NCBI RefSeq assembly: GCF_004010195.1
Contig: NC_057760.1
Span: 1,951,422-2,015,421 of the forward strand
Length of the DNA: 64,000 nucleotides
Reading direction: 5' to 3'
Origin: Chiloscyllium plagiosum
Taxonomy: Eukaryota
Position numbers and translations under genes: made by a program. The notes below the pieces were generated by a model. The model was not told the DNA's origin. It worked only from the letters and a program-made list of their open reading frames with translations, and ran no database searches. The stretch's first letter is position 1. Each line of letters begins with the position of its first letter. Positions 62,788 to 64,000 of the stretch are shown here, piece by piece.

Positions 62788-64000
62788 GCCCTGCTACAGG
62801 AAGAATATTGTTAAACTGGAGAGGGTTCAATATTTACTCAGGATGTTGCTGAATGGAGAGTTTGAGTTATAAAAATAGGCTGAGACTTTTATTCACTAGG
62901 AGCGTAGGATGTTAAGGAGTGACCTTATAGAGATTTTTAAAATCATGAAGGGTGTGGATAAGGTGAAAAGCAAGGGTCTTTTCCCTAGGGTGGGGGTGTT
63001 CAAAATTAGGGGGCATTTTTTTTAATATGAGAGGAGAATTTTAAAAAATACATGAAGGGTAACTTTTTTTTTTGTTTTAGAGCGCTTCACGAGTAGAATG
63101 AACTGCCAGAGGAAGTGGTGAAGGCAGGTACAGTTACAACATTTAAAAGATATTTGGATAAATATATGAGCTAGAAAGGTTTGGATGGATATGGGCCTAA
63201 TGCAGGCAAGTGGGACTAGTTAAGTTTGGGAACATAGTCAGTGAGGACTAGTTGAACTAAAATGGTCCGAGTCAGTGTTGTTTCCACTTGAGTCTATTCT
63301 CGCAGAACGTGGGCAGCATGGCCAAGTATCCCTACTGTCTCTGAAGGTGGGGGTGAACCACCTTCTTCAACAGCAGCAATCCATGTAAGAGAAGGTGATA
63401 GCAAGAAGTTTCCAAGTGTTTGAACCTGCAGTGAAAGAACAGCAATATAAAACCAGTACAGGCTGATGTGCAAATTGTAGGGGAACCCACAAGTGACAGT
63501 TCTGTTCCAATCCAGCTGCTACTGTGTATTTCTTGGTGGTAGAGATCATGGTTTTGGAAGGTGCAGTCAAAGGAAACTTAGTGAGTTGCTGCAATGTACC
63601 TTGTGGATGGCACACTCTGCTACAATTGGACTTCAGCAGTGAAGGGAATGAATACTGAAGGTGGTCGATATGTTGCCAGTCATGTGGGACACTTTGTCTT
63701 AGACAGTGTTAAGCACCCTATGTTGTTGAGAGTTGCACTCACCCAGGCAAGTGGAGAAAATTCCATCACTCTCCTGACTTGTACTTGTAGATAGTGGACG
63801 GGCTTTGGGGAATCAGGTGATCAGTTTCTTACTGCAGATCTTCAATTTCATACCTGATGCTGCAGCCAAAGTATTAAAATGGCTGGTCCAAGTCAGTTTC
63901 TGGTCAATGGTAACTGCACAATGTTGGTTATGGGGTTTCAGTAATGTTATATCAGAGGAAGATGGATGTATTCGCTTGTGTTGGAAGACTGACATTGATG

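Larger units (their letters stand above)
59100..63300 (+). mobile_element. Large decayed CR1 LINE(s): ORF1 esterase-like remnant, endonuclease, RT, two 3' ends
   Basis: MDFSKVFDKVPH, SKFVDDTKIGG and CIYFNARGL-like segments; interrupted by a SINE and a fold-back element. Confidence 0.85.

Overview
Vertebrate (elasmobranch/shark-like, judged from HE1-type V-SINEs, CR1 LINEs and Penelope-type repeats) genomic DNA with two assembly gaps. The only protein-coding gene supported is ADAR (ADAR1, dsRNA adenosine deaminase) on the minus strand. Twelve coding exons (equivalent to human exons 2-13, 38841 down to 603) splice in frame to 1052 codons: NES, Z-alpha, Z-beta, three dsRBDs and most of the deaminase domain. 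The last exons lie left of the window. About 5.2 kb upstream of exon 2 is a compact ISRE + GC-box + TATA + Inr module, a candidate interferon-inducible promoter. Unlike mammals, the long-form start codon is inside exon 2, behind an in-frame uORF, and is followed by an AUG-depleted stretch leading to p110-like starts. Intron 4 carries a ~4.1 kb, near full-length but decayed R2A-clade retrotransposon outside rDNA, with a recognisable HDV-like ribozyme at its 5' end. The locus is also dotted with short fold-back Penelope-type elements carrying minimal hammerhead-ribozyme cores, several with 14-15 bp TSDs. The remainder is CR1 LINE fragments, SINEs, a minisatellite and microsatellites.
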